This document shows, piece by piece, positions 10,311 to 20,170 of a DNA stretch of 64,000 nucleotides. Source of the stretch: an uncultured Coriobacteriales bacterium. Its GTDB lineage: Bacteria; Actinomycetota; Coriobacteriia; Coriobacteriales; UMGS124. The number at the start of each line of letters is the position of its first letter. Within the stretch, counting starts at the first letter, position 1. A program made the translations under genes and the position numbers. The notes beneath the pieces are model-generated. The model did no database searches, had not been told where the DNA came from, and saw only the letters and a program-made list of their open reading frames with translations. The stretch is taken from contig CABQHM010000006.1 of assembly GCA_902464015.1 (NCBI GenBank), positions 8,863 through 72,862 on the forward strand, written 5' to 3'.

Positions 10311-13181
10311 ATGACACAAGAAAACATCGTCATCCGAGGTGCGCGCGAGCACAACCTCAAGGACGTCTCGCTTGAGATTCCCCGCGACAAGCTCGTGGTC
10401 ATCACGGGCCTTTCCGGTTCGGGCAAGAGCTCGCTGGCCTTCGACACCATCTTCGCCGAGGGTCAGCGCCGCTACGTCGAGTCGCTCTCGAGCTATGCCC
10501 GCATGTTCTTGGGACAGATGGACAAGCCCGACGTCGACAGCATCGAGGGCCTGTCCCCGGCTGTCTCCATCGACCAGAAGACGACGTCGAAAAACCCCCG
10601 CTCCACCGTGGGCACGGTGACGGAAATCTATGACTACCTGCGACTTCTGTACGCCCGCATCGGTACGCCGCACTGCCCTGAGTGCGGCCGTGTCATCGAG
10701 CGCCAGACGACCGACCAGGTCGCCGACAAGATCGCCCAGGCCGCTGCGGGTCGCAAGGCGCTGGTGCTCGCCCCTGTCGTGCGCGGCCGCAAGGGCGAGT
10801 ACACGAAGCTTTTCGAGGACCTGCGCGCCGAGGGCTTTGCCCGTGTGCGTGTCGACGGCGAGGTCATCCGCCTCGACGACCAGGAAAGCGTGACGCTCGA
10901 CAAGAAGTTCAAGCACACCATCGAGGTCGTTGTCGACCGTATCGCCGTCAAGGACGGGTCGCTGGGCCGCATCGCCCAGGCCGTCGAGACGGCGACGCGC
11001 CTGGCTCAGGGCAACGTCGCCGTGTGGCTCATGGAGGAAGGGGAGCGCCCCGGCGAGCTGCTCGAATACTCGCTTGCCCTGGCGTGCCCCCAGCATGGCC
11101 ACTCCATCGACGACCTGCAGCCGCGTGACTTCTCGTTCAACGCCCCCTACGGCGCGTGCCCCGAGTGCGACGGCCTGGGCGTCCATCGCGTCATCGACGT
11201 CGACCACCTGGTGAGCGCGCCCGACAAGCCCATCGGCCACGGCGCCCTGGGCAACATCTTCAACATGAGCAACTATTGGCCGCAGGTGCTCGACGCCGTT
11301 GCCGTCCATTTGGGCTACGACCCCGACGTGACCTGGAACGAGATTTCCCCAGACGCCCGCAAGGTGTTCATCGAGGGTCTGGGCGACAAGAAGATCGACG
11401 TTTCCTATCGTACGCTCGACGGGCGCGACACAGGCTGGCAGGCGACCTTCCCGGGCCTTGCGTACATTTTGATGACGCGCTACACCGAGTCGGACAACGA
11501 GAAGCTGCGTGAGCGCATCGAGCCGTTCATCATCGAGCAGCCCTGCTCCTCGTGCCACGGCGCCCGCCTCAAGCCCGAGATCCTTGCCGTCACGGTGGGC
11601 GACAAGTCCATCTACGACGTGTGCTGCATGTCCACAAGGGACGCCCTGGCATTCTTCGAGGGCCTTACCCTGACCGAGCGCGAGAGCTTCATTGGTGCGC
11701 GCATCGTCAAGGAGATCGTGGAGCGCCTGCGCTTCCTGGTGGACGTGGGCCTGGGCTATCTCACGCTTGAGCGTTCCGCCACGACCCTTTCAGGCGGTGA
11801 GGCACAGCGCATCCGCCTGGCCACGCAGATCGGCGCCGGCCTCATGGGCGTGCTCTACATTCTCGACGAGCCCAGCATCGGCCTTCACCAGCGAGACAAC
11901 GACCGCCTCATCGCCACGCTGCGCCACCTGCGCGACCTGGGCAACACGGTCGTGGTGGTGGAGCACGACGAGGACACCATCCGCGCGGCCGACTTCGTGG
12001 TGGACATGGGCCCGGGTGCCGGCGAACGCGGCGGACAAGTGGTCGCGGCCGGCACGCCCGCGCAGATTGCCGCCTCGTCTGAGTCGCTCACCGGTGCCTA
12101 CCTGCGCGGATCGCGCATGATCGAGCTGCCCCAGGAGCGCCGCCACCCCGAGCGCGGATCCATCACGCTGCGCGGCGCCACCGCCAACAACCTCAAGGAC
12201 GTCACCGTGAGCGTTCCCATCGGCACCCTCACGGTTGTGACGGGAGTCTCCGGTTCGGGCAAAAGCTCGCTGGTAACCGACACACTGGCCCCTGCGCTCA
12301 CCAACGCCATCCAGCGCTCCATGCGTCCCGTCGGCCCCTACAAGGGCCTCGAGGGGCTCGAGCTCATCGACAAGGTCATCGACATCGACCAGACCCCCAT
12401 CGGGCGCACGCCGCGCTCGAACCCCGCCACCTACATCGGCCTGTGGGACGACCTGCGCAACCTCTTTGCGAGTGTCCCGGAGTCCAAGGCCCGCGGCTAC
12501 GCCCCCGGTCGTTTCAGCTTCAACGTGTCGGGCGGCCGCTGCGAGGCGTGCAAGGGCGACGGCCAGATCAAGATCGAGATGCACTTCCTGCCCGACGTGT
12601 ACGTGCCCTGCGAGCAGTGCGGCGGCAAGCGCTACAACCGCGAGACGCTCCAGGTGCTCTACCGCGGCAAGTCGATCTCCGACGTGCTCGAGATGACCGT
12701 GGAGGAGGCCCTCGTCTTCTTTGCGGCCATCCCCTCCATCAAGCGCAAGCTCCAGACTCTGCACGACGTGGGCCTGGGCTATGTGCGCCTGGGCCAGCCT
12801 GCCACGACGCTTTCGGGCGGCGAGGCGCAGCGCGTGAAGCTGGCCAAGGAGCTGCACCGCAGGCCGACAGGCAAGACGTTCTACATCCTTGACGAGCCTA
12901 CCACGGGCCTGCACTTCGAGGACGTTCGCCAGCTTCTCATCGTGCTGCAGCGCCTTGTTGACGCCGGCAACACGGTGCTTGTCATCGAGCACAACCTCGA
13001 CGTCATCAAAGTGGCCGACCATATCATCGACCTCGGCCCCGAGGGCGGCGACGGCGGCGGCACGATTGTCGCGACCGGTACCCCCGAGGAGGTCTGCACG
13101 GTCCCCGAGAGCATCACGGGACGGTTCCTCGCGCCCATTCTCGAGCGCGACCGCGCCCGCATGGAAGGACGTATGCAATGA
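10311..13181 (+). CDS. uvrA: Excinuclease ABC subunit A
   Basis: [14 protein letters not shown], two ABC modules ([14 protein letters not shown] and [11 protein letters not shown]), zinc-finger Cys pairs ([19 protein letters not shown]...CEQCGG) and LSGGEAQR twice. Confidence 0.95.
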   Translation: MTQENIVIRGAREHNLKDVSLEIPRDKLVVITGLSGSGKSSLAFDTIFAEGQRRYVESLSSYARMFLGQMDKPDVDSIEGLSPAVSIDQKTTSKNPRSTVGTVTEIYDYLRLLYARIGTPHCPECGRVIERQTTDQVADKIAQAAAGRKALVLAPVVRGRKGEYTKLFEDLRAEGFARVRVDGEVIRLDDQESVTLDKKFKHTIEVVVDRIAVKDGSLGRIAQAVETATRLAQGNVAVWLMEEGERPGELLEYSLALACPQHGHSIDDLQPRDFSFNAPYGACPECDGLGVHRVIDVDHLVSAPDKPIGHGALGNIFNMSNYWPQVLDAVAVHLGYDPDVTWNEISPDARKVFIEGLGDKKIDVSYRTLDGRDTGWQATFPGLAYILMTRYTESDNEKLRERIEPFIIEQPCSSCHGARLKPEILAVTVGDKSIYDVCCMSTRDALAFFEGLTLTERESFIGARIVKEIVERLRFLVDVGLGYLTLERSATTLSGGEAQRIRLATQIGAGLMGVLYILDEPSIGLHQRDNDRLIATLRHLRDLGNTVVVVEHDEDTIRAADFVVDMGPGAGERGGQVVAAGTPAQIAASSESLTGAYLRGSRMIELPQERRHPERGSITLRGATANNLKDVTVSVPIGTLTVVTGVSGSGKSSLVTDTLAPALTNAIQRSMRPVGPYKGLEGLELIDKVIDIDQTPIGRTPRSNPATYIGLWDDLRNLFASVPESKARGYAPGRFSFNVSGGRCEACKGDGQIKIEMHFLPDVYVPCEQCGGKRYNRETLQVLYRGKSISDVLEMTVEEALVFFAAIPSIKRKLQTLHDVGLGYVRLGQPATTLSGGEAQRVKLAKELHRRPTGKTFYILDEPTTGLHFEDVRQLLIVLQRLVDAGNTVLVIEHNLDVIKVADHIIDLGPEGGDGGGTIVATGTPEEVCTVPESITGRFLAPILERDRARMEGRMQ

Positions 13182-13684
13182 CGCGCGGCAAACGCGAGCA
13201 AGCAGGCTCGAAAACCAACGCCATGCGAGCGCTCGACAACGCGGGCATCGCCTATGAGTACCTTGCCTACGAGGTGGAAGACGAGACGAGCACGGGCATC
13301 GGCGTGCGCGTCGCGCTTGCCACGGGCGAGGACCCCGACGCCAGCTTCAAGACGCTCGTGTGCGTCTCGCCGCGCAAGACCTACTCAGTCTTCTGCATCC
13401 CCGTCGCCTGCGAGCTCGACCTCAAGAAGGCGGCGCGTGCGGCGGGCGAGAAGTCGCTGGCGCTGCTCAACTGGCATGACCTGCCGGCAGTGACCGGGTA
13501 TGTGCGCGGCGGCACGTCGCCGCTGGGCATGAAGAAGGAGTTCCCCACGTTCATCGACGAGACCGCCCAGCTCTTTGACCGCATCTCAATCTCCGGCGGC
13601 AAGATTGGCGCGAAGCTTGTCTTGGACCCTGTGGAGCTTGCGAACTTCTGCCATGCGGCGTTTCTCGACTTGGTGGAGGGGTGA
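13178..13684 (+). CDS. ybaK: Cys-tRNA(Pro)/Cys-tRNA(Cys) deacylase, YbaK/EbsC family
   Basis: 168-aa ORF with TNAMRALDNAGIAYE...KTLVC...GYVRGGTSPLGMKK, the YbaK editing-domain pattern. ATGA overlap with the uvrA stop. Confidence 0.8.
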   Translation: MTRGKREQAGSKTNAMRALDNAGIAYEYLAYEVEDETSTGIGVRVALATGEDPDASFKTLVCVSPRKTYSVFCIPVACELDLKKAARAAGEKSLALLNWHDLPAVTGYVRGGTSPLGMKKEFPTFIDETAQLFDRISISGGKIGAKLVLDPVELANFCHAAFLDLVEG

Positions 13685-15504
13685 TGCGGGTGTCGGAGCA
13701 CGAGGAGTACGTACCCCGGCACATGAGGCCCGCGGGCGTCACGGAACCCGCGCCACAGCCTTCCTGCACCCCCGCGCATATGGGCGTTGCCGCGGGCACT
13801 GCCCCGGTGGCGGCTGGTTCGACGGCTGCCCCCGCCCACATGCGGGTCTCTGAGCAGCCTGCGAGCACGGCCTCGCCCGAGACGGAGTCGGAGTCCGACC
13901 GCCAGGCGCGCGTGGGCCGCTCGCAGCTTCTCATCAGCGTGTGCGTGGCCATCTCGCGCATCACGGGCTTCATCCGCACATGGGCCATGGGCCTTGCGAT
14001 GGGCACGACCCTGCTCAGCTCGTCGTACCAGGTGGCGTGCAACCTGCCCAACCAGCTCTACGAGCTTGTCATGGGCGGCATGCTCGTGACGGCGTTTTTG
14101 CCCGTGTACGTGAGCCTGCGCAAACGCGAGGGCGAGGAGCGCGCCAACCAGTACGCAAGCACCCTCATGGGCATCGTCCTGGTCTTTTTGGGCGTCGTGG
14201 CGCTGCTTGCCACGCTTTTTGCCCCGCAGGTCGTGTGGACGCAGATGTTCTTCAGCTCTTCGGGCGACCGCGAGCTCGTTGTCTACTTCTTCCGGTTCTT
14301 CGCGGTGCAGCTGCTCTTCTACGGCGTGTCTGCGGTGGCGGGAGGCCTGCTCAACTCGCGCAGCGACTACTTCTGGAGCTCGGCGGCGCCCATCGCCAAC
14401 AACATCGTCGTCATCTTTGCGATGTTCGTGTACTACTTTGTGTCGGCCGACAACCCCGACTTCGCCAAGCTCGTGCTGGCCGTGGGAACGCCTTTGGGCG
14501 TGTTTGTGCAGATGGCGATGCAGGTGCCTGCGCTTGCCAAGAACGGCGTGCATCTCAGGCCGTGGCGCATCAACCTGCACGACCCCGCCCTGCGTGAGAC
14601 GCTTGCGTTGGGCATCCCCACCATCGTCGTGACACTGTGCTCGTTTGCCACGGTGAGCGTGCAGAACGCCGCCGCCATGGCGGTGAGCGACGCAGGGTCG
14701 TCGGTGCTCTACTATGCGCGCCAGTGGTTCACGCTGCCGTATGCGTTCCTTGCGGTGCCCGTCACCACGACGCTGTTTACCGAGCTTGCGGGCATGGTCG
14801 CCGACCGCGACGATGCCGCGGTGCGTCGCACCATCGTCTCGGGCACCCAGCAGAACTTCTTCTCGATGGTGCCGTTCATGCTCTACCTCATCGTGTTTGC
14901 CGTGCCGCTCGTGTCACTCTTCCGCGCGGGCAGTTTCGACTGGACGAGTGTGAGCCTCGTGAGCGGCTATCTTGCCGTCATGGCGCTGAGCCTGCCGTTC
15001 TATGCATGCTTCCTGTTCATGCAGAAGGTCTTCAGCGCGCTGCGTGCCATGAAGCAGTATGCGGTGTGCAACCTCGTCGTTTCGGTCGTCCAGGTCGTGC
15101 TCACTATCGTGTTGTGCCTGGGCGCCGGTTCCTGGGGCGGCTTTGGCCTGGCCGGCGTCGCCGTCGCCCAGATAGCGTTCTTCGTCTTGGGCACCGTGTG
15201 GTGCTACGCCTACCTGAGCAAGCGTCTGGGCGGCATCGGACTGGGGACGCTTGTGGGGTCGTTTATGTCCTCGCTTCTCGTGGGCGCCGCCGGCGCCGCC
15301 GTGGGCGCGGTGTTGCTCTGGGCGCTTCAGGCCTTCGTCATGCCCATCGAGGCTGGCGGCATTCCCTGGGCGCTCGCGTGCATCGTGGTGGGCGGCCTTG
15401 CAAGTCTTGTCGTGACCTATGGCCTGGGCGTGGTGCTCCATGTCCCCGGCAGTGCGTTCATCGGCCGTATCGTGGCCCGATTCCTTCCGAGAAAGGCAAA
15501 CTAG
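13681..15504 (+). CDS. murJ: Lipid II flippase MurJ (MviN) with a ~85-aa low-complexity N-terminal extension
   Basis: Multi-TM protein. ISRITGFIRTWAM, VACNLPNQLYELVMGGML.AFLPV, and YARQWFTLPYAFLAVPVTTTLFTEL are typical MurJ motifs. The start is ambiguous: in-frame ATGs lie at 13684, 13723, 13780 and 13840. Confidence 0.85.
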   Translation: MMRVSEHEEYVPRHMRPAGVTEPAPQPSCTPAHMGVAAGTAPVAAGSTAAPAHMRVSEQPASTASPETESESDRQARVGRSQLLISVCVAISRITGFIRTWAMGLAMGTTLLSSSYQVACNLPNQLYELVMGGMLVTAFLPVYVSLRKREGEERANQYASTLMGIVLVFLGVVALLATLFAPQVVWTQMFFSSSGDRELVVYFFRFFAVQLLFYGVSAVAGGLLNSRSDYFWSSAAPIANNIVVIFAMFVYYFVSADNPDFAKLVLAVGTPLGVFVQMAMQVPALAKNGVHLRPWRINLHDPALRETLALGIPTIVVTLCSFATVSVQNAAAMAVSDAGSSVLYYARQWFTLPYAFLAVPVTTTLFTELAGMVADRDDAAVRRTIVSGTQQNFFSMVPFMLYLIVFAVPLVSLFRAGSFDWTSVSLVSGYLAVMALSLPFYACFLFMQKVFSALRAMKQYAVCNLVVSVVQVVLTIVLCLGAGSWGGFGLAGVAVAQIAFFVLGTVWCYAYLSKRLGGIGLGTLVGSFMSSLLVGAAGAAVGAVLLWALQAFVMPIEAGGIPWALACIVVGGLASLVVTYGLGVVLHVPGSAFIGRIVARFLPRKAN

Positions 15505-15505
15505 C

Positions 15506-17320
15506 GTGGGCGTTCTCATCAGCTGCGAAGACGTAAGTTTGGAATACCCCACCCGCCGCGTGCTCACCGGGCTCAGCCTGGGTGTCGCCGAGGGCGACTG
15601 CACGGGTATCGTGGGCAAGAACGGCGACGGCAAGTCGACGCTGCTCAACATCGTCTCTGGGCTCCTGGAGCCCGACACGGGCCGCGTCACCATGAGGCGC
15701 GGCACGCGTGTGGGCGTGCTCGGGCAGAAGGACTCCCTGCCCGACGACGCCACGGTGGGGGAGTGCGTCGTGGGAGACGCACCCGAACACGAGTGGGCCT
15801 CCGACCCCAAGACGCGCGCCATCGTCGCCGCCCTCATTGGCGACGTCGCCTGGGACGCGCGTGTGGGGTCGCTTTCCGGCGGCCAGCGCCGCCGCGTCGA
15901 CTTGGCGCGCCTGCTTGTGGGCGACTGGGACATCCTTGCCCTCGACGAGCCCACGAACCACCTCGACATGCGCACCATCCGCTGGCTCGCCGCCCACCTC
16001 AACGCTCGCTGGCCTCAGGGCACCGGCGCCTTGCTCGTGGTCACGCACGACCGCTGGTTCCTCGACGAGGTGTGCCTATCCATGTGGGAGGTGCACGACG
16101 GTATCGTGGACCCCTTTGAGGGCGGCTACTCCGCCTACATCCAGCAGCGTCTCGAGCGCGACCGTCAGGCGCGCGCCATTGAGGACCGCAGGCAGAACCT
16201 GCTGCGCAAGGAGCTTGCATGGCTGGCTCGCGGCCCGCAGGCCAGGGCGTGCAAGCCCAAGTTCCGCACCAAGGCGGCCCATGAGCTGATTGACGACGTG
16301 CCGCCCATGCGCAACTCAATTGAGCTGCACCGTCTGGCCGTGAGCCGCTTGGGCAAGCAGGTCTTCGAGCTCAAGAACGTCACGGTGGACTTTGGGGACA
16401 AGAGAGTCCTCGACGACGTGAACTGGCTTATTGGCCCGGGTGACCGCTACGGCATCCTCGGCGCCAACGGGGCGGGCAAGACGACGCTGCTCTCCATTCT
16501 CACCGGCCGCCTCGCTCCTACCTCGGGCACGGTGAAGATCGGCAAGTCCGTGAAGTGCGCGGTGCTCTCCCAGCGCCTTGACGAGCTCCTTGCCCATACC
16601 GGTGAGACGGTGCGCGAGGTGCTTGCGGGTCTCAAGAATCGTTACACAATCAATGGCAAGGAGTACACGCCTACGCAGCTGCTTGAAAACATCGGCTTCG
16701 AGCCCGGTCAGCAGCTCACGCGCGTGGAGGAGCTCTCCGGTGGCCAGCAGCGCCGCTTGCAGCTCATGCTCGTGCTTTTGAGCGAGCCCAACGTCCTTGT
16801 TCTCGACGAGCCTGGCAACGACATGGACACCGACATGCTTGCCATCCTTGAGGACCTGCTCGACTCCTGGCCCGGCACCCTCATCCTTGTGACGCACGAC
16901 CGCTATCTCATGGAGCGCGTGACCGACAACCAGTACATGGTCATGGACGGTAAGCTCACCCATGTTCCCGGCGGCGTTGACGAGTTCCTTGAGAAGCTCG
17001 ACGCACATGAGCGCGCCGCAAGCGCGAAGGCTTCCAGTGCCGCGCCGAGCTCGTCGGCTGCAAAGGCGGTGTCCTCCGAGGCGCAAAGTGGCCTCAGCCA
17101 GTCCGATATCTATCGTCTGCGCAAGCAGCTCTCGAGCATCGAGCGCAAGATGGACACGCAAAACGAGCGCGTCGCCGCCCTGCAGGAGCAGATGATGGGC
17201 TTGCCCGCATCTGACTTCGAGGGCCTGGGCAAGCTGCAGTCGCAGGTGGACGCTTGCAAGGACCAAATCGACTCTCTTGAGATGGAATGGCTTGAAATTC
17301 AAGAACAGCTCGGGGAGTGA
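15506..17320 (+). CDS. ABC-F family ATPase (Uup-like; two ABC domains plus a C-terminal coiled coil)
   Basis: GTG 15506 lies 1 nt after the murJ stop. Motifs: GKNGDGKST and GANGAGKTT Walker A, LSGGQRRR and LSGGQQRR signatures, no TM segments, and a coiled-coil tail. Confidence 0.88.
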   Translation: MGVLISCEDVSLEYPTRRVLTGLSLGVAEGDCTGIVGKNGDGKSTLLNIVSGLLEPDTGRVTMRRGTRVGVLGQKDSLPDDATVGECVVGDAPEHEWASDPKTRAIVAALIGDVAWDARVGSLSGGQRRRVDLARLLVGDWDILALDEPTNHLDMRTIRWLAAHLNARWPQGTGALLVVTHDRWFLDEVCLSMWEVHDGIVDPFEGGYSAYIQQRLERDRQARAIEDRRQNLLRKELAWLARGPQARACKPKFRTKAAHELIDDVPPMRNSIELHRLAVSRLGKQVFELKNVTVDFGDKRVLDDVNWLIGPGDRYGILGANGAGKTTLLSILTGRLAPTSGTVKIGKSVKCAVLSQRLDELLAHTGETVREVLAGLKNRYTINGKEYTPTQLLENIGFEPGQQLTRVEELSGGQQRRLQLMLVLLSEPNVLVLDEPGNDMDTDMLAILEDLLDSWPGTLILVTHDRYLMERVTDNQYMVMDGKLTHVPGGVDEFLEKLDAHERAASAKASSAAPSSSAAKAVSSEAQSGLSQSDIYRLRKQLSSIERKMDTQNERVAALQEQMMGLPASDFEGLGKLQSQVDACKDQIDSLEMEWLEIQEQLGE

Positions 17321-17346
17321 GGAATCCCAAGAGAGGGCCCCTGGCG

Positions 17347-17352
17347 TACAAT
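17347..17352 (+). promoter_or_regulatory. -10-like hexamer TACAAT upstream of fumC
   Basis: TACAAT lies 37 nt upstream of ATG 17389 in a 68-nt intergenic gap. No convincing -35. Confidence 0.3.
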
Positions 17353-17388
17353 AAGAATTTGCCCTGCTCCTTCGACTGAGAGGAAAGC

Positions 17389-18762
17389 ATGCAGCAAGAA
17401 CAGTTTCGCGTAGAGCACGATTCCATGGGTGACATGCAGGTGCCGGCAGAAGCCCTGTGGGGTGCGCAGACCCAGCGCAGCTACCAGAACTTCCGCATCG
17501 GCACCGAGACGATGCCCGTCGAGATCGTGCGGGCGTTCGCCATCCTCAAGAAGGCGGCGGCTCAGGCCAACGTCGAGCTTGGCGTGCTGCCCTGCCGTGC
17601 CGGCGAGCTCATTTCGCAAGCATGTGATGAGATTCTTGCCGGCAAGCTTGACGGGGAGTTCCCGCTCAAGGTGTGGCAGACGGGTTCGGGCACGCAGTCC
17701 AACATGAACGTCAACGAGGTTGTCGCCAACCGCGGCAACCAGATTGCCGGCGAGCGCGTGCTTCACCCCAACGACTCGGTTAACCGCTCCCAGTCCTCCA
17801 ATGACACGTTTCCCACGGCGCTGCACATCGCCTGCGTTCTTGCGGTGCGCGACGCGGTACTTCCTGCCGTGAAGTCGCTTGCTGCTACGCTTGAGCGCGT
17901 TGCGGCCGAGCATGAGGGTGTCGTCAAATGCGGCCGCACCCACTTGCAGGACGCCGTGCCGATTGCCTTTTCCCAGGAGGTCAGGGGTTGGGTCGGCTTG
18001 CTGCAGAACAGCGCCGAGCAGCTCGAGCTTTCCCTTGCGCCCATGCGCAAGCTCGCTTTGGGCGGCACTGCCGTGGGCACTGGCCTCAATGCTCCCGCCG
18101 GCTTTGACAAGCTTTCGGCCGCGAAGATTGCCGAGCTTACCGGCGAGCCCTTTGTGAGCGACCCCAACAAGTTCGCCGCGCTTTCGGGCAAGGACGCAGT
18201 CGCGTTCTCCCACGGTGCGCTGCGCGGCCTGGCTGCCAACCTGATGAAGATCGCCAACGATGTTCGTTGGCTGGCATCGGGCCCGCGCCTTGGCCTGGGC
18301 GAGATTACGATCCCCGCCAACGAACCTGGCAGCTCCATCATGCCCGGCAAGGTGAACCCCACGCAGTGCGAGGCCGTCACCATGGTGGCGGTGCAGGTCA
18401 TGGGCAATGACGCCACCATCGGTTTTGCCGCGAGCCAGGGCAACTTCGAGCTCAATGTGTTCATGCCTGTCATTGCGTACAACTACCTTCAGTCGGCTCG
18501 CCTGCTTGCCGACGTCATCCGTTCTTTCGAGGTCAACTGTGCATGCGGCATCGAGGCGCGTCGCGACAAGATGGACGCCAACCTGCACAACTCGCTCATG
18601 CTCGTGACCTGCCTCAACCCCTACATCGGCTACGAGAACGCCGCCAAAGTGGCGAAGTCCGCGTTTGCAAACGGCACCAGCCTCAAAGAGGCCTGCATTG
18701 GCCTAGGTTTTATGACTGCTGAGGAATTCGACAAGGTTTTCAAACCAGAGGAGATGATCTAG
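17389..18762 (+). CDS. fumC: Class II fumarate hydratase
   Basis: GSSIMPGKVNPTQCE signature, TGSGTQSNMNVNEV, and a 457-aa length typical of FumC. Confidence 0.95.
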   Translation: MQQEQFRVEHDSMGDMQVPAEALWGAQTQRSYQNFRIGTETMPVEIVRAFAILKKAAAQANVELGVLPCRAGELISQACDEILAGKLDGEFPLKVWQTGSGTQSNMNVNEVVANRGNQIAGERVLHPNDSVNRSQSSNDTFPTALHIACVLAVRDAVLPAVKSLAATLERVAAEHEGVVKCGRTHLQDAVPIAFSQEVRGWVGLLQNSAEQLELSLAPMRKLALGGTAVGTGLNAPAGFDKLSAAKIAELTGEPFVSDPNKFAALSGKDAVAFSHGALRGLAANLMKIANDVRWLASGPRLGLGEITIPANEPGSSIMPGKVNPTQCEAVTMVAVQVMGNDATIGFAASQGNFELNVFMPVIAYNYLQSARLLADVIRSFEVNCACGIEARRDKMDANLHNSLMLVTCLNPYIGYENAAKVAKSAFANGTSLKEACIGLGFMTAEEFDKVFKPEEMI

Positions 18763-18763
18763 C

Positions 18764-19912
18764 GTGAACGTAAGCGAGGAGAGCCTGAAGCTTCACGAGG
18801 AGATGCGCGGCAAGATCGAGGTGTGCGCCCGCAAGCATATCGAGAGCGCTGAGGATCTGTCGCTGCTCTACACGCCCGGCGTTGCCGAGCCCTGCCGCGC
18901 CATCAACAAGGACTACCAGAAGTCCTGGGAACTCACCCGCCGCAACAACCTTGTGGCTGTCATCACCGACGGCACCGCTGTTCTCGGTCTTGGTGACATC
19001 GGCCCTGCCGCCGGCATGCCCGTCATGGAGGGTAAGTGCGTCCTGTTCAAGGAGTTCGGCGATGTCGACGCCTTCCCCCTGTGCATCGACTCCAAGGACA
19101 CCGACGAGATCGTGCGCACCATTCAGCTCATCTCCAAGTCGTTTGGCGGCATCAACCTCGAGGACATTTCGGCTCCTCGCTGCTTCGAGATCGAGCGTCG
19201 CCTCAAGGAGGTCTGCGACATCCCCGTCTTCCACGACGACCAGCATGGCACTGCCATCGTGACCTCCGCCGCCATGCTCAACGCCATGAAGGTAACGGGC
19301 AAGAAGATGGGCGAGATGACCATCGTCATCAACGGTGCCGGCGCGGCTGGCATCGCCATCGGTGAGCTCATGCTGCACATGGGCTTCGGCGAGGTCATCC
19401 TGTGCGACTCCAAGGGTATCGTGTGCGAGGGCGACCCGCGCCTTAACGCCGCCAAGGCCGAGATGGCCAAGGTCACGAACCGCAAGCATCTCACCGGTAC
19501 CTTGGCTGACGCTCTCCAGGGCGCTGACGCCTTCGTGGGCGTGTCTGCCGCCAACGTCGTGAGCCGCGAGATGGTCGCCTCCATGAACAACGGCATCGTC
19601 TTCGCCATGGCCAACCCCGTGCCCGAGATCATGCCTGACGAGGCCAAGGCCGGCGGCGCCGCTGTTGTGGGCACCGGTCGCTCCGACTTCCCCAACCAGA
19701 TCAACAACGTGCTCGTGTTCCCCGGCATCTTCAAGGGCGCCCTGGCTGCACACGCTCCCCAGATCACCGAGGAGATGGAGATCAAGGCCGCTTACGCTAT
19801 CGCCGACCTTGTGACTCCCGAGCAGCTCAACGCTGACTATGTCATTCCCAGCGCGCTTGATAAGACCGTCGCCGCCGCTGTGGCCCAGGCTGTTGCTTCC
19901 TGCGTGAAGTAG
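18764..19912 (+). CDS. NAD(P)-dependent malic enzyme (short form, ~380 aa)
   Basis: [66 protein letters not shown] and [13 protein letters not shown] start 1 nt after the fumC stop. Confidence 0.9.
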   Translation: MNVSEESLKLHEEMRGKIEVCARKHIESAEDLSLLYTPGVAEPCRAINKDYQKSWELTRRNNLVAVITDGTAVLGLGDIGPAAGMPVMEGKCVLFKEFGDVDAFPLCIDSKDTDEIVRTIQLISKSFGGINLEDISAPRCFEIERRLKEVCDIPVFHDDQHGTAIVTSAAMLNAMKVTGKKMGEMTIVINGAGAAGIAIGELMLHMGFGEVILCDSKGIVCEGDPRLNAAKAEMAKVTNRKHLTGTLADALQGADAFVGVSAANVVSREMVASMNNGIVFAMANPVPEIMPDEAKAGGAAVVGTGRSDFPNQINNVLVFPGIFKGALAAHAPQITEEMEIKAAYAIADLVTPEQLNADYVIPSALDKTVAAAVAQAVASCVK

Positions 19913-19955
19913 GAGATATTGCCTACTTGAAGCCAACCTGGTAAAGGTTGCATTG

Positions 19956-19994
19956 AAGACCCGCCGAGTAGTTTCGCTTGGCGGGTCTTTTTTG
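19956..19994 (+). terminator. Rho-independent terminator of the fumC-malic enzyme unit
   Basis: AGACCCGCC-gagtagtttcgctt-GGCGGGTCT followed by TTTTTTG. Confidence 0.8.
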
Positions 19995-20103
19995 TCTTAC
20001 TGCGGATGAACATGGTATTTACCTGGCTGATTCATATATATGTATAGGCATATATACATATTGCAAAGCTGGTTCAATCATTCCAAGATGGTGTGGGCAC
20101 TGC

Positions 20104-20137
20104 AAAGAAAAGGGGCCCGCACTGATGTGCGAGCCCC
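20104..20137 (-). terminator. Rho-independent terminator of the surface-protein gene
   Basis: On the minus strand GGGGCTCGCAC-atca-GTGCGGGCCCC is followed by TTTTCTTT. It lies ~35 nt after the stop at 20171. Confidence 0.75.
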
Positions 20138-20170
20138 TTTGCGTCGTGCGGGATGATGATCGAGGCGCGT

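Noticed and set aside
10256-10311. SOS (LexA) boxes upstream of uvrA. The same was considered for uvrB (4398-4470), pcrA (33942-34150) and recJ.
   Set aside because: No TCGAAC-N4-GTTCGA or GAAC-N4-GTTC palindrome is present. The closest string, AACGACGTTCG near 34108, has the wrong spacing.
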